A DNA stretch of 43,043 bases from a bacterium (GCA_031386485.1 JANNCJ010000048.1:1-43043), one strand, 5' to 3'. Numbered from the stretch's first letter, positions 7,292 through 17,117 are shown. Notes: generated by a model not told the origin, from the letters alone. Translations and numbers: made by a program.

Positions 7292-8437
7292 TTACATAAA
7301 ATCCATAAAATTATCGCGGTTAACAATTAGTAGTTTTGTATCGGCAAATCTTTGGTTAAAACTTTTAATAAGGCTATCCTTTATTTTATCCTCTCTCCAT
7401 TTACACTCAAGCCCCAAGAAATTACCATTTTCTTTTTCTAAAATATCCACCTCCTTACCGTCATAAGTGCGCCAGAAACACATGTCGACGAATTTGTTCT
7501 CGTGTTTATGTTTTTTGAGCCTCTCTATAAATACAAAATTCTCCCACAAGGCCCCAACATCACTACGGAGATCAAGCGGTGAAAAATTGCTTATTACCGA
7601 ATTACGAAAGCCAAGATCCACAAAATAGTATCTTTTATTCTTTCCTATTTCTTTCCTTTCATTCATTGTAGACACACTTTGTGAGCTAGCTATAATATAT
7701 GACTTCTCAAGTACAGAAAGGTAATTCTGAGCAGTAGCTCTGGAGAGATTAACCATATTTGCAATTTCATTTATCGACACATCATTACCAATTTGTAATG
7801 CTAACAACTTGAGAATGCTCCTTACTCCCTCATGATTCCTTATGCCTTCAAATTCTAAAACTTCTTTATACATGTATGCGTCAGCAAGCTCACGCACTAT
7901 GGACTCCTTCATTTTCTTATCACCCTCATTACAGACTGCGGGATATGACCCATATATTAATACACTCTCAACATAAGATAAAGAATGAACTCTACCAAAA
8001 GTGCTTTCGATCTCCCCCATATCTATTGGATAGAGATTGATATAGCTAGCCCTGCCAGTTAATGGCTCACTTGTATGATGTAGCAAACCAAACGCAGATG
8101 AGCCTGTAACTATAAATACCTTATCCTTATAAGTGTCTACTAAAAATTTTAAAGTTAACCCAACATGCTCTAGGTATTGAGCTTCGTCAATGATTACTAG
8201 CTTACTATCTCCAAGTATTGGTGATATTTTACCAACTGTTCTCGACTCTAATTCTTTCTTAAGTATCACATCATCTCCTTGCAGCCAGATTTTTTTGTCA
8301 GCACACTTATCATAATACTCTCGCAGCATTGTAGTCTTGCCTGACTGCCTCGGTCCATACACGACCAAAACTCGACCCGCTTTGGCAAAGTTATCTATAT
8401 TTTTATACTGCTTTCTTTTTATAAAAGATTTTGTCAT
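7292..8437 (-). CDS. P-loop ATPase + wHTH + PD-(D/E)xK protein (COG1373 / AAA_14-DUF4143-like), paralog 1
   Basis: Walker A GPRQSGKTT, Walker B VIIDEAQ, wHTH SINEIANMVNLSRATAQNYLSVLEKSYII, nuclease motif EVDILEK...GLECKW. Start moved to MTKSF (8437). Confidence 0.85.
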   Translation of the reverse strand: MTKSFIKRKQYKNIDNFAKAGRVLVVYGPRQSGKTTMLREYYDKCADKKIWLQGDDVILKKELESRTVGKISPILGDSKLVIIDEAQYLEHVGLTLKFLVDTYKDKVFIVTGSSAFGLLHHTSEPLTGRASYINLYPIDMGEIESTFGRVHSLSYVESVLIYGSYPAVCNEGDKKMKESIVRELADAYMYKEVLEFEGIRNHEGVRSILKLLALQIGNDVSINEIANMVNLSRATAQNYLSVLEKSYIIASSQSVSTMNERKEIGKNKRYYFVDLGFRNSVISNFSPLDLRSDVGALWENFVFIERLKKHKHENKFVDMCFWRTYDGKEVDILEKENGNFLGLECKWREDKIKDSLIKSFNQRFADTKLLIVNRDNFMDFM

Positions 8438-8454
8438 ATATTTAAATAATAATA

Positions 8455-8535
8455 CTAATAGCAATATTATACTCTAATAGCAATATTAAGTCAAATACTG
8501 CTATCGTACTAGCAATATTATGCCTAATATTGCTA
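8455..8535. repeat. iteron-like array of TAGCAATATTA (3 direct + 1 inverted)
   Basis: ctaatagcaatatta at 8455-8469 and 8474-8488. tagcaatatta at 8510-8520 and its reverse complement at 8525-8535 form an 11-bp perfect IR with a 4-nt spacer. Confidence 0.75.
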
Positions 8536-8537
8536 CT

Positions 8538-9821
8538 CTACATTTTATTATCCTGGAGCACCCACTTATTCTCTTTTACAAATAAAAATTTAAAGACAGC
8601 GATGAATATAAATATGGGGGCGATGAATGGATAGGCGAGGAAGTAAATCGGGAAATTGGGGAAAGTAGAAGTCTTATCCTCAGCTATATTCTTAGACACA
8701 AAGAGTACAAATATAAGTACAGTAATTAGAAATATAGACTGGAACAAAAGCACGTCAACCGTGAAATAGAATGGGTCAAAATTAAAATGGGGACGAGGCA
8801 CACCAACGCTTAGATATATCTGGATGCGATCAATCCAAAGCTGCAAGAATCTAATCACCATGTAACCCACTGCATACAAGACATAGAATATAAATATAGC
8901 CGCGATAGGTAGAGTGAATAATCCAAAATGCCCGTATTTCTTTTTAAAAAACATCTCTCTATAATCCCACGCATTGTGGAGGAATCCTCTTATCCATCTC
9001 ACTCTCTGATTAATTAGTCCTTTAAATGTATCAGGACCTATGGTGTAGACATAAGCTTTATGAGCATTGGCTATCTTGTAATGATTCTTATGTAATCTAA
9101 GCGTTATCTCAAAGTCCTCAGCATTATATGCGCTCTTATAATTACCAAGCTTCTCAAAAACTTCTTTCCTAAAAACCGAAAATGGACCAGGCATAACTTG
9201 TACCGCGTCGATACTCGAGTAGCTCTTCCTCCAGAATATGGATATCATGTACTCGACTGACTGCACCCTCTGCCAGAATGTCTTAATATCTCGCAGCTGC
9301 ATACAAGTAGCAAGCGCCATAATCTCTTTATTTTTAAAATATTGCATCGCAATACGAAGAGCATTAGGATGCAGTGTCGAGTCAACGTCAAGGCAGGCCA
9401 TATACTCAGTCTTGAGATGAGTGAGTCCGAGATTCATCGCGTGATGCTTACCCTGCTTCTCTTCAAAAAAGTATTCTATTCTACTTACCCCATTCTCCTC
9501 TTTTTCTTTTTGCATTTCTTTCATCACTATATCTCTCGTATAATCAGTGCTGTTGTTGTCTAAATAAAAAATTTTGATTTTATCTTTTGGATAATTGAGA
9601 TCTTGTATTGATTTTATTGTGGTAATGATATTCTTGCCTTCATTCCAACCCGGAAGCATAAATGTAATCTCTCCAAAATAGTTCTCACTCTCATCCTCTT
9701 CTTCTTTCATCTTTTTAAGCCCGATAAGAAAATTATAAAGCATAAATACTTGGAAATATAGAGATATAAATATAAATGGATATAATATACCTTCTGCCAG
9801 GCTACTGATGTGATAATTCAT
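8538..9821 (-). CDS. processive family-2 glycosyltransferase (membrane-embedded)
   Basis: DNNSTD and LDVDS acidic motifs, QRVRWIRG (QxxRW) motif, multiple TM helices. Confidence 0.85.
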   Translation of the reverse strand: MNYHISSLAEGILYPFIFISLYFQVFMLYNFLIGLKKMKEEEDESENYFGEITFMLPGWNEGKNIITTIKSIQDLNYPKDKIKIFYLDNNSTDYTRDIVMKEMQKEKEENGVSRIEYFFEEKQGKHHAMNLGLTHLKTEYMACLDVDSTLHPNALRIAMQYFKNKEIMALATCMQLRDIKTFWQRVQSVEYMISIFWRKSYSSIDAVQVMPGPFSVFRKEVFEKLGNYKSAYNAEDFEITLRLHKNHYKIANAHKAYVYTIGPDTFKGLINQRVRWIRGFLHNAWDYREMFFKKKYGHFGLFTLPIAAIFIFYVLYAVGYMVIRFLQLWIDRIQIYLSVGVPRPHFNFDPFYFTVDVLLFQSIFLITVLIFVLFVSKNIAEDKTSTFPNFPIYFLAYPFIAPIFIFIAVFKFLFVKENKWVLQDNKM

Positions 9822-9826
9822 TTGTT

Positions 9827-10552
9827 TTATTTCTTAGATTTAGTGCTGCTTGGGGTAGAAGAGGAAAGCTCTATAGAAGTGGAAGCTGTGCTTGTAGCTT
9901 CTCGCAGCGTATCTGGTAGTAATAGCTTAAGCTCAGCAAGCTTTTTGAGTCCATAATAAGTCTTGTCCTCTACGACCAGTATCGGGAAGGTGCTCGTGGC
10001 CTCAATCTTATAAATCTTTTTCATGGTATCTATTGGGGCTAAGCTTAGATCATAATCAAAAGTATAAACTCTAAGCTCAGGATAAGTTTGCCTCAGCTCA
10101 CTGATCACTGTAGCCTGCTTAGCACAATCCTCACAAAGACCTTTTTTGTTACTATACATATAGATCATGAATATTGGCTTATTGATATTGCCACATTTGT
10201 CTTGTATCTTTTTGCCTACAAGATAATCTTTGATTTGAAGTAGTGAATAATACTTTTTGAGATATATTACTGTATTATCATCAGCCCCGAGCTCTCCCTC
10301 AGCGTAGGTTAGTCTGTCGCCAAGATCATTGATCTGCCCAGCTACTGGGTTAAAGCTGTCATCACTGCAAGAAATTTCTTTAAGTAGGAACTGCGTCTCA
10401 TTCGACAGTATGTCGACAGAGATATTATTCTGTATACTGCTAATAGTATCAAGCTTCTTGTTGGTGAAGTATGATGAAGCATAAAATGTAGTAGTAAAAA
10501 TAGAAATAGTAATAATAAGTGCAACCAAGTATCTTGTGTAATCGTTGTTCAT
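9827..10552 (-). CDS. membrane-anchored thioredoxin-fold protein (CxxC)
   Basis: N-terminal TM helix, CEDC motif in a beta-alpha-beta context, Ser/Thr-rich tail. Confidence 0.45.
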   Translation of the reverse strand: MNNDYTRYLVALIITISIFTTTFYASSYFTNKKLDTISSIQNNISVDILSNETQFLLKEISCSDDSFNPVAGQINDLGDRLTYAEGELGADDNTVIYLKKYYSLLQIKDYLVGKKIQDKCGNINKPIFMIYMYSNKKGLCEDCAKQATVISELRQTYPELRVYTFDYDLSLAPIDTMKKIYKIEATSTFPILVVEDKTYYGLKKLAELKLLLPDTLREATSTASTSIELSSSTPSSTKSKK

Positions 10553-10569
10553 ACTCTTAATTATTAGGA

Positions 10570-10641
10570 GCCACCTGTCAGAATCGAACTGACGACCGAC
10601 GGTTTACAAAACCGTTGCTCTACCAACTGAGCTAAGGTGGC
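10570..10641 (-). tRNA. tRNA-Thr (UGU)
   Basis: Cloverleaf folded by hand: acceptor gccacct/aggtggc, anticodon loop tttgtaa, T-loop ttcgatt. CCA is not encoded. Confidence 0.9.
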
Positions 10642-10712
10642 AAATTATCTATCTGTATAATATATCACAAATAGCGAGCAAAAACAAGTTTGCAGATGTA
10701 TAACTTCTTACC

Positions 10713-11132
10713 CTATTTACTCTCTACGTATTTCTTAAAATTACCCAGTATAGCTTGCCAACCCTTCACCTGATCTTCTTTCTTGTTAATTTCTTCGGCT
10801 TCAAAAAATTCTGTAATCTGCACCCCGTTCTCTAATATGGTAAATATTACTTTGACCTTTCTCCCATCAATTATCTTATACTCAATGATTTTATATGGGT
10901 CAATATTTTCATATACGCCCTCAAAGTCAAAAGCCATTGAATCATCTCTCGCACTCATGGCAATTAAGAATTTACCTCCGACTGCAAGCTCAGCCTCAGC
11001 ACGCGGCGCATACCAATCGTCACTAGCAAAGTACCAATTCACAATGTGATCTGGATGGGTAAAGTACTCCCAGACTTTCTCGATATCAGCCTCTACCATT
11101 TCAAAAACTTCTAAAATATTATCTTGATTCAT
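10713..11132 (-). CDS. SRPBCC / AHSA1-like domain protein
   Basis: 139 aa; VWEYFTHPDHIVNWY...FDFEGVYENI...GWQAILGNFKKYVE pattern typical of the Aha1/START-like fold. Confidence 0.75.
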   Translation of the reverse strand: MNQDNILEVFEMVEADIEKVWEYFTHPDHIVNWYFASDDWYAPRAEAELAVGGKFLIAMSARDDSMAFDFEGVYENIDPYKIIEYKIIDGRKVKVIFTILENGVQITEFFEAEEINKKEDQVKGWQAILGNFKKYVESK

Positions 11133-11214
11133 AATCTATACTAGCATTTTGACTACACTTCCGTAAATCTTGACATTTTTAAGTTTAAAACTGCTTTTAT
11201 AAAACATATTTTAG

Positions 11215-12663
11215 ATGTATAATATAAAAATGAGAAAAAATAATTCACCTTGGTTACATCAACTTAAGAGAGAAAGAGAGCCAAATAAAATTACAAACAA
11301 TAAAAAAACAGATATTGTGATAGTTGGCGGCGGTATAGCTGGTATGTTAACAGCATATAATATACTTAAATTAACTAATAAAAATATAATAATGTTAGAA
11401 GCTAATCTTGTGGGTCATGGAGCAAGTGGTCATAATGCTGGTCAGCTCACTACCTACTTTGAGCGACCGCTCGCGGATATCGCTACAGAGTATGGCGTGA
11501 CGCTTGCTTGTGAAGGCCAAAAGAATGTCGAGTCTGCTTGGGAGGACTTAGAGAGCTTAGCGAGCGATATAAGCTTAGAGACTCCTGTATACAGATTTAC
11601 TGGTTATGCTGGCATGACTGAGCTCAAACATGTACTATTACATCTCGTGGATAATATGATAAGGTATGATGGTGGTATATCAGTGGAGAAAATGATAATA
11701 GCTAATAATTATAAATACTTAGACCAGATCCCAACTATATACTCTCACCTATATGAAGTAGCTGATCACGAGATGATACTTAATCTCCTCGAGACTAATA
11801 ATACAGATTATATCGCTACGCTCGCATATCCTAAGGGAGCTACTAATAGCGCTAAGATATGCGAGGAGTTAGCTAATTATTGTCTTAATAATTATGCAGC
11901 GAGATTCTCGCTCTATGAGATGTCGCCAGTTAATTCTATACAGCTTAACTCTACAGATGTGGAGACTATGATTAAATTTAATAAAAGTGACACGGAAGTT
12001 CTTGATATAAATTTGCCTCCTGATTTTAGAGTAAGTAGTAGCAAAATAATACTCTGCACTAATGGCTTCGAAGGATTTAAAATAATAAATAATTCAGGCG
12101 TAGATATTGATGGCAAATTTCATCACGAAGTCGGAGGCTTAATTAATTATATGTCAGCTTATCTCGACGAGAAGACTGAGGACCCTGTCGCAATATCATA
12201 TTTTCCTAAGAGCTCGACGCTCGTTAATCATGAGGAGAGTGAGATCTCAGGCGAGTCTTACTTCTACATGACTCGCCGTCCTCATAATCATGAAGGCAAG
12301 GAGCTCGGACTAATCTCAACAGGTGGTCCAGAGAGAATATTGGAAGTTGGTGAGCGCTATGACAGAGAAAGCTTGTGTGACATTGAGGCAGAAAAAGAAA
12401 TAGATAACTTCCTCAAGAATAATTATAGGAAGCATAAAGGTGACAAAATAGAATATGACTTCTGCTGGCATGGGCTACTCGGCTACACCACTACAGGCAT
12501 AAGGCTAATAGGAGAAGAACCAAATAATACAAATCTCCTTTATAATCTCGGCTGTAACGGTATCGGCATCATGCCATCTATATATGGTGCCAAGAAAATA
12601 GCGGGTCTAATTAATGGTGAAAAATTTGAAAAAAGTATCTTTGACCCGAGAGCAGGAGCATAA
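11215..12663 (+). CDS. FAD-dependent oxidoreductase
   Basis: Rossmann dinucleotide motif DIVIVGGGIAGM near the N-terminus; DAO-like length. Confidence 0.75.
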   Translation: MYNIKMRKNNSPWLHQLKREREPNKITNNKKTDIVIVGGGIAGMLTAYNILKLTNKNIIMLEANLVGHGASGHNAGQLTTYFERPLADIATEYGVTLACEGQKNVESAWEDLESLASDISLETPVYRFTGYAGMTELKHVLLHLVDNMIRYDGGISVEKMIIANNYKYLDQIPTIYSHLYEVADHEMILNLLETNNTDYIATLAYPKGATNSAKICEELANYCLNNYAARFSLYEMSPVNSIQLNSTDVETMIKFNKSDTEVLDINLPPDFRVSSSKIILCTNGFEGFKIINNSGVDIDGKFHHEVGGLINYMSAYLDEKTEDPVAISYFPKSSTLVNHEESEISGESYFYMTRRPHNHEGKELGLISTGGPERILEVGERYDRESLCDIEAEKEIDNFLKNNYRKHKGDKIEYDFCWHGLLGYTTTGIRLIGEEPNNTNLLYNLGCNGIGIMPSIYGAKKIAGLINGEKFEKSIFDPRAGA

Positions 12664-12664
12664 C

Positions 12665-13858
12665 TTATAGTATGTCTCCTCCCCATATATAAGTATCAAA
12701 ATTTGGAGACTTGTGTCTGCCTATAATATTTTTCTTTTCTACACCAGCCTTATCTGCCATACCTCTTAAAGTCGCAACATCACTTTCTGTTGGAGTTTCT
12801 TTTGCTTCAAAAGCGAATTTACCACTAAGAATAAAATCAATCTCTCGGCCATCTTTTAAAGAAAAATATTTGATTTCTGATTTATGTTTCAACTGACTAT
12901 ATAAAGCATTTTCAAATCTAGACCCGCTATCTATATCGCTGAGCACAGAGATAATCCCGTTGTCACCAAAATAAATTTTTTTAGCCTTCACTATTTCCCT
13001 GTCTCTATTTTTAGTATGCACTGGCACAAGTGATAACAAGTAAGTTTTTTCGAAAAGTGAAATATAACTTTGCACCGCTTGTCTTGAGAGACCAGTCAGG
13101 CGCGATAATTTTGAATAATCTAATTTGGTACCTACTCTGCTTGCTAACATCTTTACAAGATTAACAATAGCATCAGCATCCTTAAAATCTGCAATACTTT
13201 TTATATCTATGTTTATGTATGAGCTTATAATATCTTCTAAAATATCTTTCTTTTCTTTTATCGATGAAGCCAGTACAACTCTAGGGAAGCCTCCGTATTC
13301 AATATACTCTTCATAATAAGATTTTAATCTTTCATATTCGTGTAAATTGATATTCTTTAAATCTTCTAACTTGTGGTTAGGTTTGAAGTTAATACTTTTA
13401 AAAGTTAAAAACTCTCCGAAGTCTATAGGAGATAATTCAAATAGCTTTTTTCTACCAGACAGCGATTCGGTAAACAGATTCTTAAGATAATAAGAACTAG
13501 ATCCAGTCAAAATGAATTTTATATTATAGTGATCACTCAGGTATTTAACTACACTAGAAATATTTGGAAGAGTTTGTATTTCATCTACTGCAACATACAT
13601 TCTTTCGTTTTTGTTCAAGCCTTGTTTTTCTAATGCCAAAATAACGTTATCATAATTTTTATCTAAAAATATTTCTCTATTGGATATTTTCTCCAAGTCT
13701 AAAAAAACTTTGTTGCTAGAATGTATGTCTTCTAATAAATGCTGCACAAGAGTTGTCTTGCCAGTACGACGCATGCCAGTAATTATAGTTACATCATTAT
13801 TTTTTAGATGTTCTTTTACGTCTATGTAGATTTTTCTTTGAAAATACTCATTTCTCAT
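12665..13858 (-). CDS. P-loop ATPase + wHTH + PD-(D/E)xK protein, paralog 2 (most divergent)
   Basis: Walker A GMRRTGKTT, Walker B VAVDEIQ, wHTH LSRLTGLSRQAVQSYISLFEKTYLL, nuclease motif EIDFIL...FAFEAKE. Confidence 0.85.
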   Translation of the reverse strand: MRNEYFQRKIYIDVKEHLKNNDVTIITGMRRTGKTTLVQHLLEDIHSSNKVFLDLEKISNREIFLDKNYDNVILALEKQGLNKNERMYVAVDEIQTLPNISSVVKYLSDHYNIKFILTGSSSYYLKNLFTESLSGRKKLFELSPIDFGEFLTFKSINFKPNHKLEDLKNINLHEYERLKSYYEEYIEYGGFPRVVLASSIKEKKDILEDIISSYINIDIKSIADFKDADAIVNLVKMLASRVGTKLDYSKLSRLTGLSRQAVQSYISLFEKTYLLSLVPVHTKNRDREIVKAKKIYFGDNGIISVLSDIDSGSRFENALYSQLKHKSEIKYFSLKDGREIDFILSGKFAFEAKETPTESDVATLRGMADKAGVEKKNIIGRHKSPNFDTYIWGGDIL

Positions 13859-13879
13859 ACCTTTCCATTATATCAAAAT

Positions 13880-13917
13880 CTTTACTAAATGTAAAGCTGG
13901 CCTTACATTTAGTAAAG
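13880..13917. promoter_or_regulatory. perfect 15-bp inverted repeat ctttactaaatgtaa-N8-ttacatttagtaaag
   Basis: Starts 22 nt upstream of the paralog 2 ATG. No upstream same-strand gene exists for it to terminate. Confidence 0.7.
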
Positions 13918-14090
13918 AAATTTGTAGAATATTTTAACAAATACATAATTTCCCACATATAGATTATAGCTATAAATTTCATAAGCCGGGCAGAAGCTGA
14001 TCTATAGTCCAAGAGAGCGCTAGTGATGAAAATAAAATCGAAATATGCTATAATAAATTCCATAACTAATAAAATTAGTTAAATAAACAT

Positions 14091-14176
14091 GGAGACGTGG
14101 CTGAGTGGTCTAAGGCACCTCACTGCTAACGAGGCGACCCGTCAAAGGTCCGAGGGTTCGACTCCCTCCGTCTCCG
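14091..14176 (+). tRNA. tRNA-Ser (GCU)
   Basis: Acceptor ggagacg/cgtctcc, anticodon loop ctgctaa, long variable arm, T-arm gaggg-ttcgact-ccctc. CCA is not encoded. Confidence 0.9.
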
Positions 14177-14251
14177 CCTACGTCCGCTGAAGCGGACTAC
14201 GGCGGACAAAGTCCGCAAGTAGTTCGCGAAAGAGGATAAGATATTATAAAT

Positions 14252-14491
14252 ATGTTCTATGTATATATATTAAAATGTGCTGACGGAAAGCCGTATACTG
14301 GCTGTACAAATGATCTAAAAGATAGGGTTAAAAGGCATAAAGCTGGATATATTGACGCAACAAAATCTGGACTACCAGTTGAATTAGAAAACTATTTTGC
14401 ATTTAAAGATGAAAAGGTTGCTTTTAGATTTGAGAAATATTTAAAGTCAGGTTCTGGGAGAGCATTTGCTGTGAAGCATTTTGAGAAATAA
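14252..14491 (+). CDS. GIY-YIG nuclease family protein (79 aa)
   Basis: FYVYILKC...GKPYTGCTNDLKDRVKRH matches the GIY-(x10)-YTG and R-x3-H motifs of the short YhbQ/URI-type family. Confidence 0.85.
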   Translation: MFYVYILKCADGKPYTGCTNDLKDRVKRHKAGYIDATKSGLPVELENYFAFKDEKVAFRFEKYLKSGSGRAFAVKHFEK

Positions 14492-14501
14492 GACTTGTGA
14501 C

Positions 14502-14590
14502 CGACTCCCTCCGCTCCCCTCATACGCCTCGCTTTATCTCGGCTTCGGCGTGACACAGTCCGCCAAAACGAGCGATAAAGGGAAATAAAA
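14502..14590 (+). repeat. diverged direct repeat of the tRNA-Ser 3' end plus trailer
   Basis: cgactccctccg-ctcc (14502-14517) matches the tRNA at 14159-14175. The following cggcgtgacacagtccgcc...cgagcgataaaggg parallels cggcggacaaagtccgc...ttcgcgaaagagg at 14200-14235. Confidence 0.6.
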
Positions 14591-14635
14591 ATTATATCCA
14601 TAGTCTGCGATTTATAAATATGGTATAATGCTTAT

Positions 14636-15184
14636 ATGTTAGACATAGATGCATTGAGTAAAGAGAGGGCCTTAAAACTTTTTGATAGCGAGGAGCTTAA
14701 CTCTTTTGAAGTGGGTACTGCTAAGGGTTTACAGCAAATACACAAGTATCTTTTTAGCGATCTATATGACTTTGCAGGTATACTACGAACTGTAGACATT
14801 AGTAAGAGCGGATTTCGTTTTGCTTCACATCTTTACTTAAGTAAAGTATTAGAAGAGATCGAAAAGCTGCCGGAGAATAATATGGAAGAGATAGTTAAAA
14901 AATATGTAGAGATGAACATCGCTCACCCATTCCGTGAGGGTAATGGCAGATCTATGCGTATCTGGCTTGATTTAATATTAAAGAAAAATTGTAAGCAGTG
15001 TGTTGACTGGCAAAAGATAGACAAGCTGGCATATCTAAGCGCCATGGAGAGGAGTCCCGTGAATGATATTGAGATACGTGAGCTATTGCGTAGCGCCCTT
15101 ACTGATAAGATAAACGATAGAGATGTGTATATGAAAGGCATAGAGCAATCATATTATTATGAAGAGGTAGATTATTATAAGTAA
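14636..15184 (+). CDS. fic: Fic-family protein (AMPylase type)
   Basis: Catalytic [12 protein letters not shown] motif. The C-terminal [10 protein letters not shown] resembles the SxxxE inhibitory helix of class III Fic proteins. Confidence 0.9.
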   Translation: MLDIDALSKERALKLFDSEELNSFEVGTAKGLQQIHKYLFSDLYDFAGILRTVDISKSGFRFASHLYLSKVLEEIEKLPENNMEEIVKKYVEMNIAHPFREGNGRSMRIWLDLILKKNCKQCVDWQKIDKLAYLSAMERSPVNDIEIRELLRSALTDKINDRDVYMKGIEQSYYYEEVDYYK

Positions 15185-15278
15185 TATACTATTAACCCGT
15201 GTCACATAGGAATGGCTAATATTGTTATATACTATATAACCCACATAAATATTAATAATAATATGGGTATATTAAAAT

Positions 15279-15968
15279 ATGTATAAGAAAATAATTCTGA
15301 CCCTTGCCTTTCTTTTAACCATTAGCTACAACACTATTCTAGCTAATCAGGATATAGATAGATATACTGCGCCTAATGTGAGCGATGTGACTGAAAGTAG
15401 TGCGACATTTATGGTGCCATATAAAGTCTCTGCACTCTTAGAGCTAGACGATAAGAGTCAGATATATTTCGAATACTATGAGACTAATCAGGTCTGTATT
15501 ATGATATACCCGACCCCAGAGTATTGCTTACCCAAAAAGACTAAGATTGGTGATCTGAGTGTTAAGATTAATAATCTCAAGGCTTCCACTTCTTATACTG
15601 TGGCATATAAAAGAGATAATAGTATAAGATGCATCACGACTCCATGCCCTACCAATGACTTTGCAAGTATTAGTACAGAATTCACAACTAAGGCTAACAC
15701 AAACAATTCAACCTCAACTTATAATAACAATATCCAAATCACCAAAAATCTCTGGTTAGGAAGTAGGGGGTCACAAGTCACTACACTTCAGAATGTACTC
15801 ATAGCACAGGGACATATGTCTGGCTCAGCAACTGGCTACTTTGGCATGATAACATTTAAAGCAGTTAAGAAATTCCAGAGGGCGCACAATATTCCTCCGA
15901 CCGGATTCGTAGGTAAGCTGACTAGAGCTGTACTGAATGAGATACTGACACCTGAAAGCTATAATTAA
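15279..15968 (+). CDS. secreted protein with C-terminal peptidoglycan-binding domain
   Basis: Signal peptide MYKKIILTLAFLLTISYNTILA. C-terminal LGSRGSQVTTLQNVL...GYFGMITFKAVKKFQ is typical of PG_binding_1. Confidence 0.7.
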   Translation: MYKKIILTLAFLLTISYNTILANQDIDRYTAPNVSDVTESSATFMVPYKVSALLELDDKSQIYFEYYETNQVCIMIYPTPEYCLPKKTKIGDLSVKINNLKASTSYTVAYKRDNSIRCITTPCPTNDFASISTEFTTKANTNNSTSTYNNNIQITKNLWLGSRGSQVTTLQNVLIAQGHMSGSATGYFGMITFKAVKKFQRAHNIPPTGFVGKLTRAVLNEILTPESYN

Positions 15969-16000
15969 ATAACAACGGTGAGAGTTGCTTGAAAGAAATT

Positions 16001-16435
16001 TTAATACTTCTTTAACCACTCGCTCATCATTTTCATTTCCCCTTCTTGAGCTGATATAATCCGATTAGCAAAAGCTTTGAGCTCCGCGCTAACTGTAGGA
16101 TCAGCAAGCAACTTCTTAGCCATAAGTACTGCCCCTTGATGATGTGGTATCATGCCTGTTATAAACTCTTTCTCTAAAGCTTTACCACTTTTACCATCCA
16201 TCATGCTCACCATATCATTCATGGTCATGCTATCCATAGCACTCTCCATACTATGGCCCATATTCATATCATCATTATCCATATTCATCATGTGAGAATT
16301 ATTAGACTCTCTCATGTTTATTCCAGTCATATCAGAATTGCTATACATAAACATGTTGTCCCATCCCCATGCATAAGTCACGATTAGTAAGAACGATAAT
16401 ATTAATGTAACGTATTTATAGTTTATGTTTTTCAT
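16001..16435 (-). CDS. DUF305 protein with Met/His-rich metal-binding region
   Basis: MIPHHQGAV...AQEGEMKMMSEWL is the DUF305 signature; it is preceded by a MNMDNDDMNMGHSMESAMDSMTMNDM tract. Confidence 0.8.
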   Translation of the reverse strand: MKNINYKYVTLILSFLLIVTYAWGWDNMFMYSNSDMTGINMRESNNSHMMNMDNDDMNMGHSMESAMDSMTMNDMVSMMDGKSGKALEKEFITGMIPHHQGAVLMAKKLLADPTVSAELKAFANRIISAQEGEMKMMSEWLKKY

Positions 16436-16486
16436 ATTTTTGATTTAATTATTTAATTAAATGTGATTTATAATATTTTACGATGC

Positions 16487-17113
16487 TCACATTAACATCA
16501 TAAAAAGTACCATGACTAGCATAAGGAAATTTTCTGAGAATGTAACCCAAGTCATAGGCAGCTTAAATATCGTGCCGAGACACACGCACTCTATCTCATC
16601 AGCGTGACCCATATACTTGTAAGCTGTATATGTCCCGATCAAAGAAAGTGCTAAGACTAATAGATTCTGCCACAAAAACATAAAGCCTGCTAAATATAGA
16701 ATTCCAAGCCCTATCTCGATAAATGGATAGGCGTAGCCATAAGACTTAAATCTTTTGGTAATTACATCATACATCTCAAACCCTTCGACAAAGCCTTTAA
16801 GATCTATTAATTTGAAAAGACCAAAAACTAAGAAGAAAATTCCCATGAAGTCCATCATGTATAACATCGGCTCAAAATTGCTAAAGTCTTGTCGTATTAA
16901 TGGGAATAGTGCAATAAAGGCAAAGACATACATTAGTGGTACGAGTCTCTTGTGTTTATTTATAGGAGGTAAACTGACGAGGTCAATACTCGGCTTACTT
17001 GCTACATTGAGTTTGTGATGATCACAAAAGTAGTGTTCTATATTATCACTGTCTCTTTCAACATGCGTCGCACTCATACTGCAAAGCTCACATTTTTGAT
17101 TTTGATTTTGCAT
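16487..17113 (-). CDS. MauE/DoxX-like membrane protein with N-terminal Cys/His cluster
   Basis: CELC...H...CDHH N-terminus followed by 4-5 TM helices. Start moved to MQNQNQ (17113) to avoid overlapping the upstream gene. Confidence 0.55.
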   Translation of the reverse strand: MQNQNQKCELCSMSATHVERDSDNIEHYFCDHHKLNVASKPSIDLVSLPPINKHKRLVPLMYVFAFIALFPLIRQDFSNFEPMLYMMDFMGIFFLVFGLFKLIDLKGFVEGFEMYDVITKRFKSYGYAYPFIEIGLGILYLAGFMFLWQNLLVLALSLIGTYTAYKYMGHADEIECVCLGTIFKLPMTWVTFSENFLMLVMVLFMMLM

Positions 17114-17117
17114 ATAT

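Noticed and set aside
8438-8464. N-terminal extensions in the ORF track: 7292-8464, 16487-17182, 17612-17920, 17930-19462, 32115-32756 and 24696-24938.
   Set aside because: The extensions would translate through palindromes or operators, or would overlap the upstream gene. An internal Met restores the canonical family N-terminus in each case (for example MIFLDESGD for DUF3800, and a CsoR of about 90 aa).
8455-8535. Possible CRISPR array, suggested by the repeated 11-15-mers.
   Set aside because: The repeats are too short. Spacers are only 4-21 nt, one copy is inverted, and no cas genes are present. No CRISPR-like array exists anywhere in the window.
13848-14063. ORF 13848-14063 (71 aa) and ORF 14392-14601 (69 aa).
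   Set aside because: The first lies in the AT-rich promoter region of ATPase paralog 2 and spans its palindrome. The second is antisense to the GIY-YIG gene and the GC-rich repeat. Neither has any motif.
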